A stretch of DNA of 64,000 bases from Macrostomum lignano (lineage: Eukaryota): the NCBI GenBank assembly GCA_002269645.1, contig NIVC01000051.1, forward strand, positions 620,001-684,000. Reading direction: 5' to 3'. The translations under genes were made by a program, and so were the position numbers. This document shows, in pieces, positions 1 to 10,636 of the stretch (position 1 is the stretch's first letter; every line of letters starts with the position of its first letter). The notes under the pieces are model-generated. The model made no database searches and was not told the DNA's origin. It worked only from the letters and a program-made list of their open reading frames with translations.

Positions 1-414
1 GATGCCGCAGCCCAGCCTTACAGCGCATGCCGCCGAACGCACAAATGGTTCGCAAAGTTGGCGGTGTTTCTGCTACAGCAGCTGGTTCGCAACTCCTGGA
101 TTGTGTACCGACATCTAGGTGGATCCATGAGCTTTCTCAGCTACACTGAAAGGTGTGTAAAGCACTTGATTGAAAGCAGCGGAAATGGTCGATCGAGAGT
201 TAAGCGTCAGGCTCTTCCCCGTCAGCCAGGCGACATTCATCACCGGCTGGAAAAGCTACCCGCTACCGCAGCACAAGAACGGCCTACCAAGCGTTGCCGA
301 GTTTGTTACCAGCGCAGACTGAAAAAGCGGACCGTCTACTTCTGCCAAGGCTGTGACGGTCAGCCTGGGCTTTGCCTGGAGCCGTGCTTCTTTGAGTGGC
401 ACTCGGCTAACTGA
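1..414 (+). CDS. piggyBac-family transposase, C-terminal part (5' end lies outside the window)
   Basis: Frame 1 is open from base 1: DAAAQPYSACRRTHKWFAKLAVFLLQQLVRNSWIVY matches the piggyBac D..Y...R...KW..K...N..I.Y segment. It ends in the cysteine-rich domain CRVC..CQGC..LCLEPCFFEWH. Confidence 0.9.
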   Translation, partial: DAAAQPYSACRRTHKWFAKLAVFLLQQLVRNSWIVYRHLGGSMSFLSYTERCVKHLIESSGNGRSRVKRQALPRQPGDIHHRLEKLPATAAQERPTKRCRVCYQRRLKKRTVYFCQGCDGQPGLCLEPCFFEWHSAN

Positions 415-738
415 TTGCTGGCGCTTTGCTGAAACTGTAATCGAACTGTTGCTAAAATTATTTTCATTCACTTGCATGCAGCTTCATTTGCCCTTATGTT
501 CTCAAGATTTACCTTTGTGCATGCAATGTATGTCGTTTTCTATTTGTTTTGTGACACTCCGACGCAGTATGACAATACAAACAGTTTTTTGGCCTTGGCA
601 TGCATAGCATTCCATTTGGTTGAGTCAGACAATGATTCTGTCTAAACTCGCTTTCCCATCGACTTCAAATCTGTCTATGGTCAATTGACAGAATGAACGA
701 TGGCATGCACAGCATGCCACTGGTAATCATAAGGTTAA
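1..738 (+). mobile_element. piggyBac DNA transposon, right end with TTAA target site
   Basis: The end reads ...GGTAATCATAAGG|TTAA (TTAA at 735-738; reverse complement TTAA-CCTT...). A subterminal motif TGGCATGCA(C/T)AGCAT(G/T)CCA occurs at 596-614 and 701-719. Confidence 0.8.
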
Positions 739-1066
739 GGAGGAGTTGCTGAGATGCTATTGGCTTAAGGAGGAGTTGCTGAGATGCCATGGCTCAATGG
801 GGAGTTGCTGAGATGCCAATTGACTCAAGGAGGAGTTGCTGAGATGCCAATTGGCTCAAGGAGGAGTTGCTGAGATGCCATGGCTCAATGGGGAGTTGCT
901 GAGATGCCAATTGGCTCAATGGGGAGTCGCTGAGATGCCAATTGGCTCAAGGAGGAGTTGCTGAGATGCCAATTGGCTCAATGGGGAGTCGCTGAGATGC
1001 CAATTGGCTCAAGGAGGAGTTGCTGAGATGCCAATTGGCTCAATGGGGAGTTGCTGAGAAGCCAAG
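735..1066. repeat. ~30-bp minisatellite (GGAGGAGTTGCTGAGATGCCAATTGGCTCAA)
   Basis: About 10-11 tandem units are directly visible. Confidence 0.95.
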
Positions 1067-1342
1067 GCTTAAAAGTCGGGAAGCTGATACCTTAGACCGA
1101 ATAACTTATGATACCAGGGACAGCGAAGGCGTTAGCAGTTTTACTCATACATATTACAATGTCAATAATAATAATAATACAACAATAGAAGCCAGGTTTA
1201 ATATCTGTTCGATTGCTAGTTCTGTAGCAAATACTTTTTTCAATATAAACTTGAATTAAAGTAATTTAGCTGAATTATACAGATAAAAGAATAAACTCAG
1301 TCAGATTTTAATAGTCGATTTTATTTAATTCAAAAGACACAC

Positions 1343-4300
1343 CTGCTGTTGCTGCTTCTGCTGTTCGAAAGGCAAATCGGCCCGATCAAGAAACAGCTGC
1401 AGCACATGGGAGCTCTGCCCAGTGCTCAGTTTGATGAACGGCTCGTGACGGAGCGCGTGGTCCAGCAGCAGGTTGATGAACTCCTCGGGGTCTGCGGTTG
1501 GTTTGAAAATGACATGAGAATAAAAAGGTATATCATGTTTTCTGGGGATCTGGGAGAGAAGGGACTTAGTCTGGGGATCTGGGAGAGTAGGGACTTAGTC
1601 TGGGGATCTGGGAGAGTAGGGACTTAGTCTAAGGAACTGGGAGAGTAGGGACTCAGCCTGGAGATCGGGAAGAGTAGGGACTTAGCCTGAAAATCTGGGA
1701 GAGTAGGGACTCAGCCTGGAGATCGGGGAGAGTAGGGACTTAGCCAGGAGATCCGGGAGAGTAGGGACTCAGCCTAGGGATCTGGGAGAGTAGGAACTCA
1801 GCCTCAATCCTGAGGAGTAGGGACCCAGACTAAGGATGAGAGAGTAGCGACCCAGCCTAGGGATCTGGGAGAGTAGGGACTTAGTCTGGGGATATGGGAG
1901 AGTAGGGACTCAGCCTAGGGATCTGAGAAGGAGTAGGGACCCAGCCTATAGAGATCTGATAAACAGTAGGAACCCAGACTAAGGATCTGGGAGAGTAGAG
2001 ACCCAGTCTGAGGATTAAAGCAGACTAGTCTTATATTAAATCACCTTTTTCTTCGCCCATCATTCCCGGAATGATGTCGAGATCGTTAAGACATTTTCGC
2101 AGCTTCAGAACTTGCCCAGCGCTGACAAACTTGTTTCTAAAAATAGTTAACAGTAGTAGAAATATGAGAACACAAACACAATATACAACTGTAGGTCAGG
2201 GTAGGAGTGTCGCTCACCTTCTCAAACAGTTGACAATACCTTCGCGCAAAGTATTCTTGATTTCCTCATAATTATCGATGTCTTTAGCCTGACCAGGCCG
2301 CTCTAGGACGCCATCGAATGCGTCCACGGTGGCAAACATGGCGAATAGCGTTGAGTCAAGATAACAAGAGTTGTGATGTCCCTGGACACCGCGATTGCGA
2401 CCGACCAAATTGTCCAAACCGTCTAGGCGAATTCGAGGCTCAGTTGGACCCGCAATGGTTTCAAAGTCGCCGCTGCCAAATTGGTGAGGCAGAGCCTCGG
2501 CTCCTCTGGGACGATCGGCCTGGCTATTGGCATTTTGCGCTGGCTCAATCAGGTCCAGAAAGGTGAACCACAGATCAGGCTGAACATCTGGATGCACGGC
2601 TCGCACTTGGCTAGAAGGCACGAACCCGTGGCCTCCGCGTTCAACTCCTTCGTTGTCATCAAGAGCAACGCCAACAACCAGATCTGTTTGGTTTGGAATG
2701 AAACCGAACCACATAACCATGCCGACCTTGTCCAGGAATGTTAAATTGACATGCGAGTCAATTCGAATGCCTCGACTCTCCATCAGTGCCTGCGCCTCGT
2801 CGCGACGTGGATCAGATGAGTTGACAGGCTGAGCAGGCGGCTGATAAATTCGGCCAGCATTGGCGCGGCTCTCTACAAAATATGAGCAGTACAGCAGTTG
2901 TACAGCATTATCAAGTACAGCATTTTTACAGCATTTCATTCTTAAGTAAAGCATTTGTACAGCTTTGTATTATCAAGTACAGCATTGTATTCTCAAATAC
3001 AGCATTTATACAGTTCTTTATTGTATAATCAAATACAGCAGTTGTACAGCTTTGGTCTGTCAAAAAAGCATTAACAAACCGCACTACTAATCCTACAAAT
3101 ACTAGCAGAAACTCAATTCTATAGATTTACGAAATACTAAATTCATCAGTCATTTAATCCTAAGCAAAATCGAAGGCAACTCAACCAACCTGCCAATTTA
3201 CGATCAAAGTCTTCCTCTCGCTGCAAACGGGCCTCTTCAACAATGAGACAACACTCGGGTTTGCCTTCAAACAGAAGACGATTATCCAACCAACACGACG
3301 AATTAGGAACTTGATGATCAAACTCCACGCCAGCCAGATGTTTTGGTCCGTTTGCATCCAGTCTACCCAGCCATTTGATCAGGCCGCGCCTGTACTCATT
3401 CTGTCTGGCGTCCAACTGCAGCACTACGCGATCGTTAATGTTAAGCAGCTGGTCAGCTGGGCAATCTTGAACCGGATCCAACCAGCGAGCGTCCGCTAGA
3501 ATCAATCGGCGATCGCGAGCTTCTGCGCGCACATTCAACAGTTGTCGAGTGTTGTCATCAGGCAACACGGATATTATCAATGGCTGGCCATCGTCTACTT
3601 TGCGATCGCAGCTGACAAAACCAAAATAGAGACCGTCTGGGTCTTTCGGATTTGTCCAGCTAGGCAGAACACCTTTAAACCGAACTTCACACTTTAACGA
3701 GTTTGTCGCCTCTAAAAAAGCAAATTATGTGAGCCAGTTAAAAAAATCGGACTTTTCAAGGGCAACCAAAATGATTTCGAATAAAAAAGAACGCTATATT
3801 GTAGACGAGCACTCTGCTGACTCCTGAGCAGACACAAACTAGCGTACCAATCCTTAACGCAAGCACGCACTCATACACACGCTCACACAGGCTGTACAGC
3901 GGTTCTGTGACTTTTTAAATCGTCAGGCATGTACAGTCTGTGGCTTGGAGGTCGGCCATAATGGCTGTGAATCACACGACAATCCCAAGGCCAATATTTC
4001 GTGCCTCGAAATGAATGACTCAAACTCTGAGCGAAAAATTACCCGGTTTTCCTATTGCAAAGGAAACCTTAAGCACTAGCAGAGACTCAAAAAGAGAGTA
4101 CTAACCTTGCTTCTCAACAAAACTGGGATCGAGAACAGACACGATGCTACCAACTTGAAAGCGTTGGGCCAATTGAAAACTATTCGAAAGACAAAAATCG
4201 TATCGCTTGTGTACTGGCACAGCTAGCAAAATCCGGGCTTCTTCAGCTGTTAAAGGCATTCCATCGCCAGGATGCATCTGGCAAAACAAGGATTCAAACT

Positions 4301-4505
4301 CCAATGAGCGACACAATGGTCCGAGTTGATTTGCACCTCCACTGTCAGGTGCATTAACCCAAAATAAGCCAGAATCCAGCTGATCTTTGTTCCCATTTTT
4401 TACGGTGACAGCCATTTTGTACCGATTCATGAAACACTTGAAACTGCCGGGATTTTCTGTGTCGCTAGGCAGCTCCATCTGGCGCACTTTTACCAAACTT
4501 TCCAT
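1343..4505 (-). CDS. CYLD: CYLD ubiquitin carboxyl-terminal hydrolase (CAP-Gly-like domains plus USP); 3' exons lie left of the window
   Basis: Phase-consistent GT-AG exons (minus): 4505-4106, 3711-3190, 2872-2218, 2136-2045, 1491-1343. Contains the catalytic Cys box RGVQGHHNSCYLDSTLFAMF, GEEK|DPEEFINLLL, and CAP-Gly-like VRFKG..GLYFG and GLIKWLG..AGVEFD. The start codon is uncertain. Confidence 0.92.
1548..2012. repeat. degenerate ~29-bp minisatellite in a CYLD intron (GGGAGAGTAGGGACTTAGTCTGGGGATCT)
   Basis: Tandem units are visible. Confidence 0.9.
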
Positions 4506-4639
4506 CACCAATTGCTTGTTCAAATAGCAATCTTCGCATCAATTGGTTTACGCTTGAAATTTAAACTATAGGGTATTAAAATACTTAAAAAAATAAAAAT
4601 GCATTCGTTGTTGAACAGGAATTTGTTTAGTTGCTGGTG

Positions 4640-5400
4640 TTGTGGAGCTGTGGGATGGGGAGCTGTGGGATGGGGAGCTGTGGGATGGGGAGCTGTGGGA
4701 TGGGGATCTGTGGGATGGGGAGATGTGGGATGGGGAGCTGTGGCATGGGGAGCTGTGGGATGGGGAGCTGTGGGATGGGGATCTGTGGGATGGGGATCTG
4801 TGGGATGGGGAGCTGTGGGATGGGGAGCTGTGGGATGGGGAGATGTGGGATGGGGAGCTGTGGGATGGGGATCTGTGGGATGGGGAGATGTGGGATGGGG
4901 AGCTGTGGCATGGGGAGCTGTGGGATTGAAATCTGTGGGATGGGGAGCTGTGGGATGGGGATCTGTGGGATGGGGAGATGTGGGATAGGAATTTGGGATG
5001 GGGAGCTGTGGGATAGGGAGCTTTGAGGTGGGATCTGTGGGATGGGGATCTGTGAGATGGGGAGCTGTGGGATTGGAGAGCTGTGGGATGGGGATCTGTG
5101 GGATTGAAATCTGTGGGATGGGGAGCTGTGGGATGGGGATCTGCATCTTTGGGATGGGGAGCTGTGGGATAGAAATCTGTGGGATTAAAATCTGTATGAT
5201 GGGGAGCAGTGAGATCGGGAGCTGTGGGATGGGAATCTGTGTGATTGGGAGCTGTGGTATTGAAATCTGTGGGATGGAAATCTGTAGGATGGGAATCTGT
5301 GGGATGCGAATCTGTGTGATTGAAATCTGTGGGATGGGGAGCTGTGAGATGGGAATCTGTGGGATGCGAATCTGGGGAGCTGTGGGAATGAGGGCTGCAG
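4640..5400. repeat. 15-bp G-rich minisatellite (TGTGGGATGGGGAGC) upstream of CYLD
   Basis: Tandem units are visible; they explain the spurious repetitive ORFs in several frames. Confidence 0.95.
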
Positions 5401-6374
5401 GAGGCACCGGGAGATGGGGGGATCATGTTTCCTATCTAAACCAAGAGTAAATAAATTAACAAGGCAAAAACGGTTCATAATTAGCATCAAGGGCATGAAA
5501 TTCGGAGTTTAGCTAACAAGCAAGTGTGCCAGAGACCCACAGTCAGATCTCGCACCTCTCGCCATTGTCAGCTTAAAATTAAATTGTGTTGGTAGTTGAA
5601 CTGAAAAATTCAAATACAAAAAGCAACAGAATAAATTCAATATTTCGTGTGTGTATAGCAGGCTTGCACATTTAGGACAGAAGTCAGCTCGGAGAAGACA
5701 GCATAGGCATTGGAGAAAAAAACAGGACAGGAAAATTTTGCTTAATAATGGTGCAGAGAGAAGGCCAAAAAAAGATAAATTCTTCTGACAAAGACATCGA
5801 TTAGCAAACACAAATGACTTGAGTCAGATATAAGCAGAAGAGGGAGGGGGCCAGAGGCTTTCGCACCTTTGGAGAAAGCTAAATATTAAATATAATATAA
5901 ACGGCAGGGCCTTCTCTGCCACAATTTTAACACAGTTTCCAATCATAAAATGAAGCAAATTAGCAGGCAAAACTAAAATATAACAAAAGTGGCATTTAGA
6001 TGCATACTTATCCTGTTCAAGCCACTGGATAAATCTAACAGATGGCTCATCATACATGTACCGCATTTACCAATTAATTATCAGTTACAAATTTGTGTGC
6101 CTAAAGCTACATCCATTTAGTTAAAGACGGGAAACTAATAAATAAACAAACAAGTAGGGACGGGAGATTTTTTCGACAATTAAATAACACAAATAAGTCT
6201 CCGAGGATACCAAAACAAATAAAATTATATTGTTCGAAATTAGTCCCCGATGAACGGACAGTACAGTAGTAGAATTACTACAATAGGCCCATTGTGCTGT
6301 TATGCTACTGCTCAAGTTAGTAGTATAATCTTTATAACTACAAACAGATTTTTTATTAATACAAGATCTTATAG

Positions 6375-6745
6375 CAGGGGTCGGCAAACTTTATTACCTC
6401 AAGGGCCAGATGAGAGTGGAAATGAAAGGGAATGGAAGACGAAAAATGAGAGAAGAGAGGAGAGGCGGGGAATGGGATTACAGAAAAGATAAAAAAGAGA
6501 AGAGGGTAGACAGGGCAGAGGGAAGAGGAAACCAGATAGAGAAGAGAGGGAGAGAAGAAAGAGGGGAGAAGAGAGGAAAGAGAAAAGAGGGTAGAGGGCA
6601 CAGAGAGGAGAGAATAAGAGGGGAGAGGGGAGAGAAGAGGAGAGGGGAGAGGGGAAAGAAGAGAGAGAAGAGAAGATAGCTGAGAAGAGACACAAGCCCT
6701 GAGCGGGCCGGATAGCTTTACAATGACCCGGCTAGGTACTAAAGC
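6375..6745 (+). mobile_element. hAT/Charlie-like MITE relic with GA-rich core
   Basis: Starts CAGGGGTCGGCAAACT..GGGCCAGATG, then a purine-only core, then GCGGGCCGGAT. The same head occurs at 19563. Confidence 0.5.
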
Positions 6746-6896
6746 GGTTACACTTTGTTACTAAATTTTTGTTTATTATTAAAATTTTAGAAAGCAAAAC
6801 AAACAAAATTAGCGCATTTACATCAGTAAAATTCAAGCTACAAGTCATTCAAGTCGAATATCTATTAATACACGAGGTTTTTATTTATTTATTTTT

Positions 6897-7916
6897 TCAT
6901 TTACGATCTTCGCGTCTCTTCTGGCGTTTCTGTTGATCCGCAGTCGGCTGGTGGCTGTAGCGCTTGTTGACGCCGCCACCGCTGCCGCTGCTGCCAGGAC
7001 GGCCGCCGCCGCCGCTCAGCGAATGAGCCGACGAAATCCTTGGCGCCGGGGCCGCGCCGCCAGCTCGAGAACCGTAGCCATGGTGACCGGCGCCGTAAGA
7101 CGACGAAGACGATGCAGCGGCGTTGGCGCCAGACGGGCCTTCAATAGACTGAGCCTGACCGTTGACAGTCTTCGACACTACTCGACCATTCTCAGTCACT
7201 GTGACAGTTTCCACGCCATTTTCTACAACTTTCTTAGTGACAATCTGCCGGCCATTAACTACCCTAGTAGATGTGGACGATGACCGAAACTGAGTGCTGG
7301 GCCCCAGGCCTGACGAGCTGAAACTCATGAACTGAGCGGCGCCGCCGCCGCCGACAGCCGCGTGGCTGCCCAAGCCGCCGAATTGGCTAAACGAAAAAAA
7401 CGGATCGTGCATCTGCATTGTTGGGAATCCGATAAAATTGCTTTGAAATAGATTGCCAACTTGTTGCTGTTGCTGCTGCTGATGCTGTTGTTGGTAATGT
7501 TGCTGCCTACCAAAAGCGGCAAACGGATCGATAAACATAAAGTCGGAGAACGGATCCCTGTTGCCAAAGAATTCGCGAAACACTTCCTGGGGATCGCGGA
7601 ATACAAAGCTATGAAAATCGTGATGAAAGTCGTGATGAAAGCCCGCGTGATGCCGACTGTGACTCCGGCCGCCGCCGCTACCATTGTCAGTCTCCAGACC
7701 GGCTTTGCCATAGACATCGTAGATTTGGCGCTTATTCGGATCGGACAGGACTTCGTAGGCTTCGCTAATCTCTTTAAACTTGAGATGGGCCTCCTCTTTG
7801 TTGTCCTGATTCTTATCTGGATGCCAGCGCAAGGCCATGCGCCTGTAAGCCTTGCGAATATCGCCCTCGGTGGCTGAGCGAGTCAATTCCAATACTGCGT
7901 AGTAATCATCCGACAT
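6897..7916 (-). CDS. DNAJB6: DnaJ/Hsp40 class B co-chaperone, DNAJB6/MRJ-like, single coding exon (339 aa)
   Basis: J domain with HPD (RWHPDKN) and KEISEAYEVLSD, a G/F-rich linker with FRDPQEVFREFFG, and the DNAJB6-type C-terminal domain STSTRVVNGRQIVTKKVVENG. Confidence 0.85.
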   Translation of the reverse strand: MSDDYYAVLELTRSATEGDIRKAYRRMALRWHPDKNQDNKEEAHLKFKEISEAYEVLSDPNKRQIYDVYGKAGLETDNGSGGGRSHSRHHAGFHHDFHHDFHSFVFRDPQEVFREFFGNRDPFSDFMFIDPFAAFGRQQHYQQQHQQQQQQQVGNLFQSNFIGFPTMQMHDPFFSFSQFGGLGSHAAVGGGGAAQFMSFSSSGLGPSTQFRSSSTSTRVVNGRQIVTKKVVENGVETVTVTENGRVVSKTVNGQAQSIEGPSGANAAASSSSSYGAGHHGYGSRAGGAAPAPRISSAHSLSGGGGRPGSSGSGGGVNKRYSHQPTADQQKRQKRREDRK

Positions 7917-8879
7917 GGCTTACTGACAACTGAGTAGTGTGTATAGGGCGATATCACAGCTATGAAATTTTGATACAGATTACAGTAAGAAACTCAGACT
8001 GGTAACTAAAATACTATATAAAATCGACAGAACGTCAGTAACCAAGACAAATATAGAAAGCAACAATGAGCTGAAAGTGTCAGGGAATCAATGCACAAGA
8101 CTACACAGACAAAGGAAAGGGTGTTTGGGTGTTTTGAGCAAACACCAGATTTTAGTAGTCCTTTTTTTCAACTCGAATGCAGAAAAGTTGTCAGGGTGGG
8201 TGCATGGGCACTAATAATCATATTGCCTGACCAGAAGCATAAGCAAGTTGCTATTTTTAATTGAACCATAAATTTTGCAACCATAAAATGAGTCTAGTAT
8301 TTACACCAGCATTTATTACACCTACTCAAAAGCAAAGAAACAGCACAATGAAGAAGCACAAATATTTTTTGTATCATAGGTTAACCATTGCTTAACAAAG
8401 TTTGTTGTCTAGCATGTTTTTTTCTAATTTCAATCATCTCTATCTTATAAATGCTAATTATTGTCTTTCTTATACAATAACTAAAGAATAATGGTATAAA
8501 AAGTATACTAAAAAAGCAAATCAAGTAAATAAGCAGCTATGAGCTACAAAAATATTTTTACATCCAAAAATTCATAAATATAAGAATCCAAACTAGCTAA
8601 GATTTTTTAGGAAAGATTCTTAGTTAAGGCTAGCTAGAAAAGCAGTTTGATCAGTTCTCAATATGAAATATAACCATATTAAAATAGAAATATAATAATA
8701 TATTTAAGGTATCTAAAGACTAGCACTAAATATTTGCTAGTTCATTGTTTAAGTGATTTAAGTCTTGCATTAAAAATATTTTAATATAAAATGAACATTA
8801 TAAATAAATGTCAAATGAACATTATGGATTTAAAAAAAGGGATAAATAAAGGTAAATATCAACATGAAGTATTATTTGA

Positions 8880-8925
8880 GTTGCCGATGCATTTCGTCCA
8901 TTTGCATTAGGACATCGTCAGGGTC
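8880..8925 (-). ncRNA. minimal hammerhead-ribozyme-like motif in the 3' pseudo-LTR (sense to the element)
   Basis: GACC-CUGACGA-U-GUCC-loop-GGAC-GAAA-UGCA-UC-GG: both core boxes, helix II (GUCC/GGAC) and a palindromic AUGCAU helix III are present. Helix I is weak. Confidence 0.6.
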
Positions 8926-9111
8926 TTTTTATTGAGAAACAATTTGAACGAATATTCAGTATATATAGATAGTTGAGAGTAACAAGAGTAGTTGAATTGA
9001 GTTTTTAATTGATGGTTTAAAACTTGTACATAGTAATCAATTTTTGATACAGTATTGGTTGGGTAAAGTGCATATATCAGTTTCAAGCCAGTCCGGTCAT
9101 TGACAAATCAG

Positions 9112-10407
9112 CTAAAAAATTCTGAGTTGACGGCTAGCCCCACCCATCGCAAGTTGGTTATTTAACGTGGGCTGTTTGGTCTTAATGTACAGGGCTTCTA
9201 ATAGGCAGAGCATGTGATCTCTATTACAAAAATCAATAGCCTTTATCATTTCGTGTGGTTCAGCCTCACAACAAGAATTGCAGGTTAGCAGGTGTTCGTT
9301 AATAGCAGAGTTTTTTAGCCAGTGCTCTCTGACCCTCGTGTATAAGTGTCGTTTAGTTTTTCCTATGTAGGAGATGCTCTGGTCCTCAGAGCAAACAAAT
9401 TTATACACGACACCAGCCGCGAGAGGACGTGGAACACTGGATTTCAACTTGCAGACAAACTTAGCAATCTTTTCGGTGCGAAACACAACACGGATTTGAG
9501 TGTTTAAGTCTTTATGGAGCAGCTTTTCTAACTTCTTTTTAAACTCTATAGAACAAACACCAAAGTAAGGCAAAGTGATCAAGGGACATTCAGAGGTGGA
9601 ATCACGAACTTTCATCCGAGTAGGTTCAGTCAGTTTGTCATTGAGAAAAGAGTTGACAATTTTCATCACAAAGTTCTTAGGATAGCCATTGTAGCTGAGC
9701 AGATTGGTGAGGATTTCAACTTCGTTGTGGAAAAGTCTCCAAGAGCTGCAAGTGGAAAAAGCCCGGTGAAGAAAGCAACGAATCAATCTGGTTTTCCATT
9801 GTCTAGGGCACAAGGCGTCAAACCTAAGCATAAGCCCGGTAAAGCTAGGTTTCCTATACACGCTGGTCGAAATAGTTTCATCGGTGGCGTCAACGTCAAT
9901 GTCTAAGAAAGGAAGTCTTCTGCCTCCCCCCTCCGCCGTGAATTTGATATTCTCATGAGTAGAATTGATTAACTTAAAAAACTTGTCCTTCTTAGCTTCG
10001 TCCTCAAAGATCGCAAACGTGTCATCAACGTAGCGTTTGTAGAAGTGAGGCGCACAAGGGAGGGCCATCCAGTCCTTCTCCCAGTGGGCCATGCATAAAT
10101 TAGCGAGGGTTGGGGCGAGAGGGCTGCCCATGGCACACCCATCAATCTGTCTGTAATATTTGTCCCGAAAAAGAAAGATGCCGGAGGTGGCGAATTTGAG
10201 CATCTTCTTAAAAGTGGCTTTGGAGAAAGGAGGTGGATCGGTTTTTTCATACACAAGATCAGCAGCCAGCTCAATGGTGAAATCGAGAGGGATGTTGGTG
10301 AATTCTGAAATCTGGGGGATGCTTGCTGTCTTAGGATGTTTTCTTTTCGCATTGCACTTCATCTGAGCAGTTTTTCTATTGACTATGTGAAGGCTTTGTT
10401 TGGCCAT
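9112..10407 (-). CDS. Penelope-like reverse transcriptase (N-truncated) plus GIY-YIG endonuclease
   Basis: FTNIPL, YYRQIDGCAMGSPLAPTLANLCM, YKRYVDDTF, LPFLDI, VYRKP; GIY-YIG module GVVYKFVC..SYIGKTKRHLYTRVREH..LEALYI..PTLN. Confidence 0.88.
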   Translation of the reverse strand: MAKQSLHIVNRKTAQMKCNAKRKHPKTASIPQISEFTNIPLDFTIELAADLVYEKTDPPPFSKATFKKMLKFATSGIFLFRDKYYRQIDGCAMGSPLAPTLANLCMAHWEKDWMALPCAPHFYKRYVDDTFAIFEDEAKKDKFFKLINSTHENIKFTAEGGGRRLPFLDIDVDATDETISTSVYRKPSFTGLMLRFDALCPRQWKTRLIRCFLHRAFSTCSSWRLFHNEVEILTNLLSYNGYPKNFVMKIVNSFLNDKLTEPTRMKVRDSTSECPLITLPYFGVCSIEFKKKLEKLLHKDLNTQIRVVFRTEKIAKFVCKLKSSVPRPLAAGVVYKFVCSEDQSISYIGKTKRHLYTRVREHWLKNSAINEHLLTCNSCCEAEPHEMIKAIDFCNRDHMLCLLEALYIKTKQPTLNNQLAMGGASRQLRIF

Positions 10408-10590
10408 CTTATTGATACTTGTAGAGAACAGAGATTCTATCTAGATGTCCCCCATCGGGGGGCGAAGATTGCTAGTTGATTACTATGTACAAGTTTTAAA
10501 CCATCAATTAAAAACTCAATTCAACTACTCTTGTTACTCTCAACTATCTATATATACTGAATATTCGTTCAAATTGTTTCTCAATAAAAA

Positions 10591-10636
10591 GACCCTGACG
10601 ATGTCCTAATGCAAATGGACGAAATGCATCGGCAAC
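10591..10636 (+). ncRNA. second copy of the hammerhead-like motif, in the inverted pseudo-LTR
   Basis: CTGACGA at 10595-10601, GAAA at 10621-10624, predicted cleavage after C10630. Confidence 0.6.

Noticed and set aside
4520-5450. Long Pro/His-rich or Gly-rich ORFs (PHPT, GAVGW repeats)
   Set aside because: They are translations of a 15-bp minisatellite, open in several frames on both strands.
5520-5570. Possible upstream CYLD exon (MARGARSDCGSLAHLL|GTTAGC)
   Set aside because: Splice phase is feasible but there is no homology support; left out of the model.
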